A DNA stretch of 64,000 nt from a virus: positions 1 through 64,000 of IMG/VR virus record IMGVR_UViG_3300037222_000084. One strand, written 5' to 3'. This document shows positions 55,373 through 64,000 of this stretch, piece after piece. Each line of letters opens with the position of its first letter. Position 1 is the first letter of the stretch. The position numbers were made by a program, and so were the translations under genes. The notes beneath the pieces were generated by a model. That model did not search any database, had not been told where the DNA came from, and saw nothing but the letters and a program-made list of their open reading frames with translations.

Positions 55373-55401
55373 TTGACAAAATTTTTTAAGAGTAGTAACC
55401 T
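55373..55401 (+). promoter_or_regulatory. sigma70-like promoter for NAD operon
   Basis: TTGACA-17-TAACCT. Confidence 0.5.
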
Positions 55402-55479
55402 TTAGTAGGTAAGAACTCCTGCCGATATGATAGCGCAGGAAAACATTCAAATGGCATAGGATATTTGCCAGGAGATACA

Positions 55480-56271
55480 ATGATCTATTTAAACGGTAAT
55501 CCCGTTAATACCACTCTCTTCCCTGACAACACCAGTCAAGTATGGAAGATACCCACCCTCGAAATTCCAGACACCAATTGGGTCCACGTAAAATGGGACT
55601 TTTCGCATGAAGGCGAGTTTATCCAATTGGCCCAGCTTAAACAATTGCTCGATAAACGCGGTTTTCGTGCCGCATTGCGTCTTAGCTACCTGCCCTATGG
55701 CCGTCAAGACAAAGAAGTTTCAAACGACGCCACTTTCGCGCTTCGCACTTTCAACAAATACATAGACTTTATGGATTGGGACGAAATCATCGTAATGGAC
55801 CCGCATAGCTCCGTAATCATGGACTATGTTCGTAATGTTCGGGCCGTATATCCTATCCAAGAACTCGAAAAGACACTAGCGCATACGGTTTCTACTTTGG
55901 TCTGCTATCCCGACAAAGGCGCACTCGAAAAGTACACTAAAGTGTATCGCAGCATCGTTGAAGACGAATTCATCTATGGTGAAAAGGTCCGCGATCAATC
56001 TACTGGAAATATTACAAGTTATCAATTAATCGGCAACCCCAAAGGCCACAGTGTCCTCATTGTTGATGACATTTGCGACGGCGGTGCCACATTCAAGCTT
56101 CTTGCCAAAGACCTATTGGCAGCAGGAGCTACGGAGGTAAATCTTTTTGTAACCCATGGAATTTTCTCACGAGGTCTGAGAACGCTCCAAGAATCAGGAA
56201 TTAAACGCATATTTACTCAAGATGGCGAAGCTAGTACCCATCAAGATCAAATCACTTATAGGAGATTATAA
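55480..56271 (+). CDS. ribose-phosphate pyrophosphokinase-like (candidate ADPR-PP synthetase)
   Basis: YLPYGRQDK, DPHS, PDKGA, LIVDDICDGGATF, VTHGIFS. Confidence 0.88.
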   Translation: MIYLNGNPVNTTLFPDNTSQVWKIPTLEIPDTNWVHVKWDFSHEGEFIQLAQLKQLLDKRGFRAALRLSYLPYGRQDKEVSNDATFALRTFNKYIDFMDWDEIIVMDPHSSVIMDYVRNVRAVYPIQELEKTLAHTVSTLVCYPDKGALEKYTKVYRSIVEDEFIYGEKVRDQSTGNITSYQLIGNPKGHSVLIVDDICDGGATFKLLAKDLLAAGATEVNLFVTHGIFSRGLRTLQESGIKRIFTQDGEASTHQDQITYRRL

Positions 56272-56272
56272 C

Positions 56273-57763
56273 GTGAAAAATTTAATGAAAAGCCTACCGA
56301 CTACAGTCCTCTGCGATTTCTATAAAATTGCACACCGTGCAATGTACCCAACTGGAACAGAAGTGGTTTATTCCACCTGGACACCGCGAGCCAGTCGCAT
56401 GAAAGGCATAGATCAAGTTGTTGCCTTCGGCATGCAAGCCTTCATCAAGACCTACTTGATTGATTTCTTTGACACAAACTTCTTTGGTCGAGAAAAGTCC
56501 GTTGTAGTCGCTGAATACAAACGATTGATTTCAGCCACTCTTGGAGACCCCAATCCAGAGACCAAACACATCGAAGACCTTCACGATCTTGGCTTTTTGC
56601 CACTTTCAGTTAAAGCTCTCCCAGAAGGAACTCTTGTTCCGCTGCGCGTACCGATGATGACCCTCCAAAACACAGACAAACGGTTTTTCTGGTTAACAAA
56701 CTTCGTAGAATCTTTGGCTTCTTGCGAGTTGTGGCAACCCACTACCAGCGCGACTATTGCGCGTGAGTACCGCAAGATCATGGACAAAGCAGCAATGGAG
56801 ACGGTTGGCGACACTGGATTCGTAATGTTCCAAGGTCACGATTTCTCTATGCGCGGCATGTCTTCTCTGCAATCCGCAGTTTCTTCTGGCATGGGCCACC
56901 TGCTGTCATTCGTTGGCACAGACACTATTCCAGCAATTGTTGGAGCAGAAGTGCTCTACGGCGCAGATGTGACGAAGGAACTCGTTGGAACATCCATTCC
57001 AGCCACAGAACACTCAATCCAATGCACTTACGGCGATGACCTGAAATACTTGGAGCGCATGCTCTCAGTGGTTCACCCAAATGGCTTCGTTTCCATCGTT
57101 TCTGATGGTTATGACTTTTGGGAAGTTATTCGCAGCGTGCTCCCTGCTCTCAAATCCAAAATCATGGCTCGTAGCGGTGGACCCGTTGGAGACCGTGTGG
57201 TTATTCGCCCTGACTCTGGCGACCCTGTGCTGATAGTTTGCGGCGATCCAGATGCAACTCCTGGAAGCCTTGAGTATAAAGGCGCTGTAGAGGCTCTATG
57301 GGACATTTTCGGCGGGACCGAATCCTCTAAAGGATACAAAGTCCTCGATTCCCACATTGGCCTGATCTATGGTGACGCTATTACTCTCCGTCGTTGTGAA
57401 GAAATTTCCGAACGGCTGAAAGCCAAAGGTTTCGCCTCGATCAACTGCGTGTACGGCATTGGTAGCTACACCTATCAGTACAACACCCGTGACACCTTCG
57501 GATTTGCTCTTAAGAGCACATTAGCCGTGATAAACGGCGATGAAAAGCAGATTTTCAAAGATCCGAAAACTGATAATGGCATCAAGAAGTCACAGAAAGG
57601 CCGTGTGGTCGTTCTTAAGGATGGCAATTCACTCAAGTTCGTCGATGGCCTTGGACTCAACGATGTCGTAGAAGGCGACCTGTTGACAGAAGTGTTCCGC
57701 GACGGTAAACTGTTGGTGGATCAAAAATTCTCCGAAATCAGAGCACGGCTCGCAGGACAGTAA
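56273..57763 (+). CDS. nicotinamide phosphoribosyltransferase-like (candidate Namat)
   Basis: DFYK..H..MYP, HDFSMRG, SIPATEHS, SIVSDGYD, IRPDSGDP, IYGDAIT, KDPKTDNG.KKS.KG. Confidence 0.9.
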   Translation: MKNLMKSLPTTVLCDFYKIAHRAMYPTGTEVVYSTWTPRASRMKGIDQVVAFGMQAFIKTYLIDFFDTNFFGREKSVVVAEYKRLISATLGDPNPETKHIEDLHDLGFLPLSVKALPEGTLVPLRVPMMTLQNTDKRFFWLTNFVESLASCELWQPTTSATIAREYRKIMDKAAMETVGDTGFVMFQGHDFSMRGMSSLQSAVSSGMGHLLSFVGTDTIPAIVGAEVLYGADVTKELVGTSIPATEHSIQCTYGDDLKYLERMLSVVHPNGFVSIVSDGYDFWEVIRSVLPALKSKIMARSGGPVGDRVVIRPDSGDPVLIVCGDPDATPGSLEYKGAVEALWDIFGGTESSKGYKVLDSHIGLIYGDAITLRRCEEISERLKAKGFASINCVYGIGSYTYQYNTRDTFGFALKSTLAVINGDEKQIFKDPKTDNGIKKSQKGRVVVLKDGNSLKFVDGLGLNDVVEGDLLTEVFRDGKLLVDQKFSEIRARLAGQ

Positions 57764-58251
57764 TGAAAACCGATCAATTCGCATTTTTCTATGGAGGAGC
57801 CTTAAGTCAATGGGCTCCTTCCCCATTCACTCTGGACGAAGTGGAGTATTCTACTGCTGAACAGTATATGATGGCTATGAAGGCTGATTATTTTAATGAT
57901 CAAGATACCAAAGCCAAAATAATGGCCACTGATAGTCCTTCTGAGCAGAAGTCACTAGGCAGGATGGTTAAGAATTTCAATGCAGAAGCTTGGAATGCTG
58001 TTTCTAGGGGATTCGTGTACAAGGCGAACATTGCCAAATTCACTCAAAACGACTGGTGTATGAAGGAACTGGAACGAACCGGAGACCTAGAAATCGTTGA
58101 GGCTAGTCCGTATGACCGAATCTGGGGCATTGGCCTTGGAACTAGCGACAAACGAGCACTTGACAAGACCCAGTGGCTTGGTACAAACTGGTTAGGTGAG
58201 ACTTTGATGAAAGTACGGAAGGACCTACGTGAGCAAAACAGTCGAGTGTGA
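57763..58251 (+). CDS. NADAR-family ADP-ribosylhydrolase
   Basis: LSQW, TAEQYMMA.KA, K.LGR.V, AKFTQN, VEASPYDRIWGIG, G.NWLG..LM.VR. Confidence 0.9.
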   Translation: MKTDQFAFFYGGALSQWAPSPFTLDEVEYSTAEQYMMAMKADYFNDQDTKAKIMATDSPSEQKSLGRMVKNFNAEAWNAVSRGFVYKANIAKFTQNDWCMKELERTGDLEIVEASPYDRIWGIGLGTSDKRALDKTQWLGTNWLGETLMKVRKDLREQNSRV

Positions 58252-58423
58252 TTGTATGATGTGCCAAAAACCACTAGAAAACTACGATCCACAGATGTGC
58301 TGTGGCGGGTTCGATTGCGGGTGTATGGGCCTTCCTACTAACCCTCCTATTTGTTCTGAAGAATGCTGGGATGCGCTTATTAAAAGGAATAGTGATGGGC
58401 AAAGTAACGACAATAAAGGGTAA
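58229..58423 (+). CDS. small Cys-rich protein
   Basis: CMMC...MCCGGFDCGCMGLP..PPICSEEC. Confidence 0.6.
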   Translation: MSKTVECDCMMCQKPLENYDPQMCCGGFDCGCMGLPTNPPICSEECWDALIKRNSDGQSNDNKG

Positions 58424-58838
58424 TCTCTTTGATGCTCCAGAAGGCTCCATAATCATTCATGCGTGCAATACTAAGGGCGTATGGGGATCTGGCATAGCCA
58501 GGGAGTTCGCCAAACGGTTCCCTAAGGCCCGTGACATTTACGCTCAAACTTGTCAAGAACAAGGACCGTCTCTTATTGGGAAATGTCTTCTAATTCCAGC
58601 TGGGAGCCACGTTATTGGCTGCTTATTCACTTCAAAAAACTATGGACAATTCGTAGATTCTCCTGCTAAGATATTAACAGCAACCAGATTGGCCATTGCT
58701 CATTTGATTCTTCAAAATGAGAGCAAGTTGCCCATGCATATGTGCAAGATAAATGCTGGATTGTTCAACGTTCCTTGGCCTAAAACCAAGGCAATATTGA
58801 AAGACGCCGATGTTGAATTTGTAGTTTACGATTTTTAG
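58395..58838 (+). CDS. macrodomain (Poa1p/DarG-like) ADP-ribose processing protein
   Basis: KGNLF, IIHACN..GVWGSGIA..F..RFP, CLFTS, KINAGLF.VPW. Confidence 0.88.
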   Translation: MGKVTTIKGNLFDAPEGSIIIHACNTKGVWGSGIAREFAKRFPKARDIYAQTCQEQGPSLIGKCLLIPAGSHVIGCLFTSKNYGQFVDSPAKILTATRLAIAHLILQNESKLPMHMCKINAGLFNVPWPKTKAILKDADVEFVVYDF

Positions 58839-58962
58839 GTCCGTGTGTAGATATAGAAGGGGATACCCTTCGTGCGGTGCGACCCCGCAAGCGGCCAGGT
58901 GCATGTTGCTTAATCGACGTTTCGAATCCGTTATGCCTGGGAAGCCTTTTGAAAGGACTGTT

Positions 58963-59544
58963 ATGTTTAAGCAAAGCGTTGTCTGGAACAAAGTTACTGA
59001 AGTGCTTCCTGAAGCAGGGAGAGAATACCTAGTTTGGACTGGCCGTGGAATGCTAGTCTCGGACGCCGATTTTTACGATGAAGAGTATTTGTCAAATATT
59101 CCCGCCTCAATGATTGAGGACTACAAAAAATCCGTAGGGTATTTCCAGGAATTTGGCCATAAATATTATTTTGACGATGAAAAAGTTCACTGGTCAGAGC
59201 TTCCACTTGCTCCAGGTGAGGAAAATCCTTCACAGCCAGATCCTATGGACGGAATGGTTTCTAGGGACGCGTATCTCACAAAAGACGGCACAATCATTGG
59301 TATTCATGCGATAGGGTATCCAGAACCATACGAATGGACAGAAGTTGCTCTAGACGGCACAGAAACCCAAAAGACCTCCGATTTCATGCAAATGGAAATT
59401 TGGGGAAACGAATACGACGAAAATCATCAGATGCTTGGCCGTGGATCTTTCAGAGTTTTCGATCAATTTGAGAGTGAAGTGAAAAATTGGGAAGCAGACG
59501 GTTGGGTGCGCCGTGAAGGACCCAAAAAGAAAGAAGTCACATGA
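58963..59544 (+). CDS. hypothetical protein (DUF551-like N-terminus)
   Basis: W..V.E.LPE....YLV, V.HW.ELP.AP; GAAAGGA RBS. Confidence 0.6.
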   Translation: MFKQSVVWNKVTEVLPEAGREYLVWTGRGMLVSDADFYDEEYLSNIPASMIEDYKKSVGYFQEFGHKYYFDDEKVHWSELPLAPGEENPSQPDPMDGMVSRDAYLTKDGTIIGIHAIGYPEPYEWTEVALDGTETQKTSDFMQMEIWGNEYDENHQMLGRGSFRVFDQFESEVKNWEADGWVRREGPKKKEVT

Positions 59545-59780
59545 AATACTTACTTTTATTGCTTATTTCGACTAATTGCTGGGCCTCTGAGTACAAATTC
59601 ACCTACAACATGAAGGACGGTCGCCAACTCAAGGTCAAACAAGAAGGGCCTACTCGTTGGAAGGCCCTAGAAGATGCTGGAGTTTTTTGTGGAAAATTCT
59701 TTGGTATTGGATCTAAGGATATGTCAGAGCAAGAGATAGACGAAATCGTCATATCGTGTGCTAATCCAGAGTTTAACTAA
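59541..59780 (+). CDS. small secreted protein
   Basis: Signal-peptide-like N-terminus. Confidence 0.55.
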   Translation: MKYLLLLLISTNCWASEYKFTYNMKDGRQLKVKQEGPTRWKALEDAGVFCGKFFGIGSKDMSEQEIDEIVISCANPEFN

Positions 59781-60312
59781 CGGTCAACTCGAATTCGTCG
59801 ATGCCGTCTAGCGAGGTCATCCACTTTGCGAACGTGGCTTTGCTATTGGTAATCATTTCGATGTTACCGCTCATCACGTCAGCTTCTCCCATGAGCACAC
59901 AGCCTTCTGAGTCTTTATTGTAGTTGCCCCAGTGAAATAGCAAATCGGTATGTCCAGCAATGCCAGTGATTTCGAACGTGATGAAGTCTTCAGTCATGTT
60001 GTGCAAACGGTGAGGACCACGAACACACTTCCATACGCCATTGGTGATCTTAGGCGCATTTCCATAGGAATGCTCCAGAGTATGAGCCACTATGTTACCT
60101 TTGCTGTCACTTAGCTCACTAAAAACGCCGTCTACACGAAACTGTTTTCGCGTCAACTTGAAGGAGACCTTTTCTGGTTTAATTTGTGGGATTGCAGGTG
60201 CTTCAATAGCCTTAGGAGCCTGCTGCTTAATCAACGCGATCAACTGCGGTAAATACTGTTTTAAAAGCTCAAATATAGCGCCCATGTTTCCTCTTGTCTT
60301 CTTATGAGACAT
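59773..60312 (-). CDS. DUF5675-family protein (candidate cell-wall enzyme)
   Basis: L.R......G.F.EL, HTLE, G.T.LLFHWGNY..DSEGCVLMG, NSK.TF. Confidence 0.75.
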   Translation of the reverse strand: MSHKKTRGNMGAIFELLKQYLPQLIALIKQQAPKAIEAPAIPQIKPEKVSFKLTRKQFRVDGVFSELSDSKGNIVAHTLEHSYGNAPKITNGVWKCVRGPHRLHNMTEDFITFEITGIAGHTDLLFHWGNYNKDSEGCVLMGEADVMSGNIEMITNSKATFAKWMTSLDGIDEFELTVS

Positions 60313-60342
60313 CTGTTACATTAAAGATTACCTGGAGGCCGT

Positions 60343-61155
60343 ATGAAAGTAGCTATTTGCAATTTACAATCTGCTGATTTCGAAGAAACACTGTTAAAAT
60401 CACTAGTTAACACTGGTTTTGCGGTATTGACGCATCATGGCATTGATTTTCAGCTTATAAAGGATTCACAGACAGAGTGGCGTAAATTTTTCAAACGCGA
60501 GAAGCTATACAAGAACCTTTTCATTAACGGCAACGACTCCAACATGGGCTATAAGGGCATGGGCTCAGAAAAAGCTGTTGGAGCTAAAGCAGCCGACTTG
60601 AAAGAATTCTTCCACTACAAAATTGGCGAAGAAATCCCTGAAAATGCTCAAGGCCCCACAGAAAAACTCTTTGTTCAACTCGAAGGCCTGGGAATGCAAA
60701 TCCTTGAAGTGTTGGATAAAACCAACGGCACTACCTATCGAAACGACTGCTTTGGTAGCTCTAAAACCCTGTTCCGAGCGTTGTACTATCCTGCAATTGA
60801 TTTTGAAACCGCAGACGGCGCTGTACGTGCTGCTGCCCACGAAGACATTAACCACATTACCATGCTAGTCGCCGCAAGTGCTCCTGGACTTGAGGTTCAA
60901 GACAATTACGGCAAATGGCATGCAGTGCCACACGAAGACAATTCGGTCGTAGTCAATATTGGCGATATGTTGAAATTAGCCAGTAATGGACTGTATAAAT
61001 CTACAACCCATCGCGTAACTGGTGGCGATTCTAAGTCTGACCGCATCAGTATGCCGCTTTTTATTCACCCGCACAGCTTCGTCCGTTTGGCTCAAGGGAT
61101 CACCGCTGGACAATTTTTAACCGACCGCTTGAATACTATTTACGGCAAAAAATGA
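60343..61155 (+). CDS. 2OG-Fe(II) oxygenase, isopenicillin N synthase-like
   Basis: TGFAVLTHHGI, DLKEFFH, RAAAHEDIN.IT, VNIGDML, STTHRV, RISMPLFIHP. Confidence 0.9.
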   Translation: MKVAICNLQSADFEETLLKSLVNTGFAVLTHHGIDFQLIKDSQTEWRKFFKREKLYKNLFINGNDSNMGYKGMGSEKAVGAKAADLKEFFHYKIGEEIPENAQGPTEKLFVQLEGLGMQILEVLDKTNGTTYRNDCFGSSKTLFRALYYPAIDFETADGAVRAAAHEDINHITMLVAASAPGLEVQDNYGKWHAVPHEDNSVVVNIGDMLKLASNGLYKSTTHRVTGGDSKSDRISMPLFIHPHSFVRLAQGITAGQFLTDRLNTIYGKK

Positions 61156-61415
61156 TAAATACGCTTATAGGCCTGGCAGCAGGCACGCTTTTGGCTGGCT
61201 GTGGCATCCCACAGGCGATAAAAGTAGTTAAAGACGGACACGCACGAGGCATAGCCCTCAACATGATGCTAATGCTCATCTCAGGTCTGTTTTTGATGGG
61301 TCTGTATATTTACTTGCAGCACGGATTCGACATTTTGATACATGGAGAGTACGCCATTAGCGTGGCAGTATGGGGAATCTCCCTTTTTTACTACTTTTTC
61401 CCAAGGAAAACGTGA
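61152..61415 (+). CDS. PQ-loop (SemiSWEET-like) membrane protein
   Basis: Three TMs; IPQAIKV. Confidence 0.75.
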   Translation: MINTLIGLAAGTLLAGCGIPQAIKVVKDGHARGIALNMMLMLISGLFLMGLYIYLQHGFDILIHGEYAISVAVWGISLFYYFFPRKT

Positions 61416-61747
61416 AGTTATCACTAATTTTAGGCGACAAACAGCACACTGTGACTTGGGACAAAGATCTTAGCGATTTCCCCAATGTGGTCACGTATGA
61501 CGGCAAGTACTGGGAATGGGTTTGTTGGGACGATGATCCAAATGGCCTGGTTGATAAGGTATTGACGTTTGGTATTACTAGAGAATCAGCCCTGCCTGTG
61601 AACATGTTTGGAGTGCTGTTCCCAGTTCCCAATTTAACCTATATGTTTCAACTTGATACGGCCACTGGACCATGTGAGTGCGGTGCAAAATTTACTTCCT
61701 TTCCAGATCAACATATGATATTATGTCCTAAATGGAGTAAAACATGA
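61412..61747 (+). CDS. hypothetical protein
   Basis: GTGA overlap; CECGA...H...CP.W. Confidence 0.6.
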   Translation: MKLSLILGDKQHTVTWDKDLSDFPNVVTYDGKYWEWVCWDDDPNGLVDKVLTFGITRESALPVNMFGVLFPVPNLTYMFQLDTATGPCECGAKFTSFPDQHMILCPKWSKT

Positions 61748-62892
61748 AACTACCTATTCTGTACAAGAAGACTTCCACGGGCGCAATTCAGTCGTGGAGA
61801 ACTTTTGTGATCGACCAACGTGGCTCTGCCACAGCCGCTGTTATCGTCACGGATTTTGGACAAGTGGAAGGCAAGATTCAAACCACCCAAGATTTGATCC
61901 AAGAAGGCAAGAACATTGGTAAAAAGAACGAAACTACTCCTCGCCAACAGGCAGAGTTAGAGGCTAAAGCTAGCTGGGAAAAGAAGAAGAAAAGCGGATA
62001 CGTCGAATCTATTGGCGATGCCATGGATAACAAGACCGACGACCTTATCGAAGGTGGCGTTCTGCCCATGTTGGCCAAAAAGTTCTCAGAGCAAGCCAAT
62101 AAGATCAAATATCCCTGTTTTACTCAGCCAAAACTAGACGGCATTCGCTGTGTTGCCATCGTCAAAGACGGTGCCTGTACCCTTTGGTCTCGTACCCGCA
62201 AACAGATAAAATCCTGCCCACACATCGTTCAAGAGCTAGAAGCAGCATTCGAGACTAGAGATATTATCCTAGATGGTGAGCTTTATAACCACGATTTTAA
62301 GTCAAATTTCGAGCACATCGTACATTTGGTTCGCCAAGACAAAACCCCAGACCCACAGCATACTGACGTGCAATACCATGTTTACGACGTGATTGAGGAT
62401 AAGCTATGCGGTCCCACTTTCGCTGATCGCACTGAAAACCTCGATATTATATTTGCTGCCTACGAGTTTTATAGCATCAAGCAAGTTGATACGGAAGAAG
62501 TCGAATCTGAAGATCAAGTAATGGAGTTTTTTGAGAAATTTCGTGCAATGGGCTATGAAGGCTCCATGCTTCGTAATTACGACTCAAAATACGTCAATAA
62601 ACGCTCTAATGATCTTCAAAAAGTCAAAGAATTCGATGATGGTGAATTCAAGGTCACTGGTATCAAAGAGGGCCGTGGTAAATTGGCCGGTCACGCCATT
62701 TTCATTTGCGTTGACAACAAAGGCGACGAATTTGAGGCTAAACTCAAAGGCGACACGTCCAGACTTAAAGAGTATTTTGACGACCATTCCCTGTGGAAGG
62801 GCAAACAGTTAACCGTACAATATCAAGGGCTTACTGGTAAAAATAAAGTTCCACGTTTCCCTGTTGGCGTGGCGATTAGAGACTATGAATGA
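61744..62892 (+). CDS. ATP-dependent DNA ligase
   Basis: PMLA, QPKLDGIRC, LDGELY, YEGSMLR, KRS..L.K.K.F.D.EF, PRFPV. Confidence 0.92.
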   Translation: MKLPILYKKTSTGAIQSWRTFVIDQRGSATAAVIVTDFGQVEGKIQTTQDLIQEGKNIGKKNETTPRQQAELEAKASWEKKKKSGYVESIGDAMDNKTDDLIEGGVLPMLAKKFSEQANKIKYPCFTQPKLDGIRCVAIVKDGACTLWSRTRKQIKSCPHIVQELEAAFETRDIILDGELYNHDFKSNFEHIVHLVRQDKTPDPQHTDVQYHVYDVIEDKLCGPTFADRTENLDIIFAAYEFYSIKQVDTEEVESEDQVMEFFEKFRAMGYEGSMLRNYDSKYVNKRSNDLQKVKEFDDGEFKVTGIKEGRGKLAGHAIFICVDNKGDEFEAKLKGDTSRLKEYFDDHSLWKGKQLTVQYQGLTGKNKVPRFPVGVAIRDYE

Positions 62893-63122
62893 TCTCCCCA
62901 GAGCACATGAAGGAAATCAAGGAAAACTGCTACCACTGGTCCAATAACTGTGGCGGCTGTGAGACTTGTGACAGAGAGTTCCGCAATCCACCTCTTTACG
63001 ACCATCAGGAAACGCTATGTCTGATTTCCATGATCGAGGATAGGGATAAGAAGATCAAGGACTTAGAAGATACGATAAAATGCTTGAATCTGGCCACTGG
63101 AAATGGTATTCTCAAAGCTTAA
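62889..63122 (+). CDS. hypothetical protein
   Basis: ATGA overlap. Confidence 0.5.
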   Translation: MISPEHMKEIKENCYHWSNNCGGCETCDREFRNPPLYDHQETLCLISMIEDRDKKIKDLEDTIKCLNLATGNGILKA

Positions 63123-63139
63123 CACTATAGGAAGGTCAA

Positions 63140-63547
63140 ATGATGAAGTTTTTACATTTTCAGATGCCTAGGGACAAAAAGGCTTCTGCTCGTTTACAAA
63201 AACACTACCAGAGCAGAACAGTGGCCGTCGAAGCAGCAGCGCCAGACGTAGTTCGCGCTCTAGCCGCAGACTTTGTCTTGACGCATCCTACTGAACAGTT
63301 CTTAATGCACGTATTGCGAGTTGGAGTCACATTTTTACACCCAAGTGACAATTACTTCAAACAGGTGGGACGCGACACTGCATCCAAAAAGATGGAAGAT
63401 ATTCCGCTTAAAGTTGTTGGAGTACAAATTACGCCTACACACATATTCGTAAAACTCCAAAGATTCAAAGGCATGGACCTTAATTTACGCTTAAATAAGG
63501 CTACTAATTTTTCAACCGTTACAGGAAGAGTTTCAGACGAGGAATAA
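63140..63547 (+). CDS. hypothetical protein
   Basis: AGGAAGG RBS; HPSDNY.K..GR. Confidence 0.6.
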   Translation: MMKFLHFQMPRDKKASARLQKHYQSRTVAVEAAAPDVVRALAADFVLTHPTEQFLMHVLRVGVTFLHPSDNYFKQVGRDTASKKMEDIPLKVVGVQITPTHIFVKLQRFKGMDLNLRLNKATNFSTVTGRVSDEE

Positions 63548-64000
63548 ATGGACCCCAAATTTGAGTCATTCCCAGATATCAAGAAGCTTGGCACTGCCGT
63601 ACTTTTCATTACTCAGAAGATCCATGGCGCTAACGCGCAAGTCTTCATCTTTCAACAAGAAGATGGCACTCTAGGCTTGGCCTGCGGTTCTCGTTCACAA
63701 TGGGTATCGCCTGGCAAGGACAATTTTGGATTCGCCCAGATGGTCTACGCCAACAAACAAGAGTTCATTGACAAACTTGGTCCTGGCCGTCACTATGGAG
63801 AATGGGCTGGTTCTGGTATCAATTCTGGCGAGGGACTTAAAAACAAGACCTTCGTTCTGTTTGACCACTGGAAATATCCTCCTGAGCGCCCTCTACCTCC
63901 AAATACAGTAGTCGTCCCAGTCCTTTACTCTGGTCCATTCGATATGTCCAAAGTTCAAGAATGCATGGATGACCTCAAAGCCAATGGCTCTAAGCTGGTT
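63548..64000 (+). CDS. RNA ligase (Rnl2-like), truncated by window end
   Basis: My translation: F..FP.I.., TQKIHGANA (motif I), GSRSQW, DNFGFA, YGEWAG.GI, FVLFD. Confidence 0.8.
   Translation, partial: MDPKFESFPDIKKLGTAVLFITQKIHGANAQVFIFQQEDGTLGLACGSRSQWVSPGKDNFGFAQMVYANKQEFIDKLGPGRHYGEWAGSGINSGEGLKNKTFVLFDHWKYPPERPLPPNTVVVPVLYSGPFDMSKVQECMDDLKANGSKLV

Noticed and set aside
58855-58942. tRNA-like TTCGAATCC with CCAGG..CCTGG pairing, and the ORF extension from 58843
   Set aside because: No D arm or cloverleaf could be built; at most a remnant or leader hairpin; ATG 58963 has the better RBS
1-64000. Alternative genetic code or prophage/integration features
   Set aside because: Long genes are intact in the standard code with all three stops used; no integrase, att site or host-gene block seen

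Overview
A 64 kb segment of a large lytic myovirus genome (dense small ORFs, rIIA/rIIB, tail sheath and tube, Herelleviridae-like major capsid, prohead protease). A Bdellovibrionota/deltaproteobacterial host is inferred, not shown. Layout: 1-4.7 kb is a presumed early region saturated with a 15-bp inverted-repeat motif (GTHTC-N5-GADAC) and sigma54-type -24/-12 boxes. 4.9-26.8 kb holds early/middle accessory genes (KTSC, PhaR-like regulator, rIIA/B, PA14 lipoprotein, BCS1-like AAA, Thg1, TrmH, a degenerate tRNA). 27-53.9 kb is the virion module, mostly on the minus strand, with a recurrent upstream AATCTT(T/A)A late-promoter-like motif. 54-64 kb holds NAD/ADP-ribose counter-defence genes (PRS-like + NAMPT-like, NADAR, macrodomain), a 2OG-Fe(II) oxygenase, DNA ligase and a truncated RNA ligase. 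Top candidates for novelty: (1) head polyproteins punctuated by putative prohead-protease sites that would release effectors - a FlgM-like anti-sigma28 peptide inside the prohead protease, a GGDEF/mCpol-like cyclase (with a -1 frameshift extension) and a 2H phosphoesterase fused to a lysozyme-like domain; (2) a binding-site array written into coding DNA together with many sigma54 boxes; (3) a DUF3494 ice-binding domain on a late protein. All family calls are by-eye motif recognition; no database searches were run.
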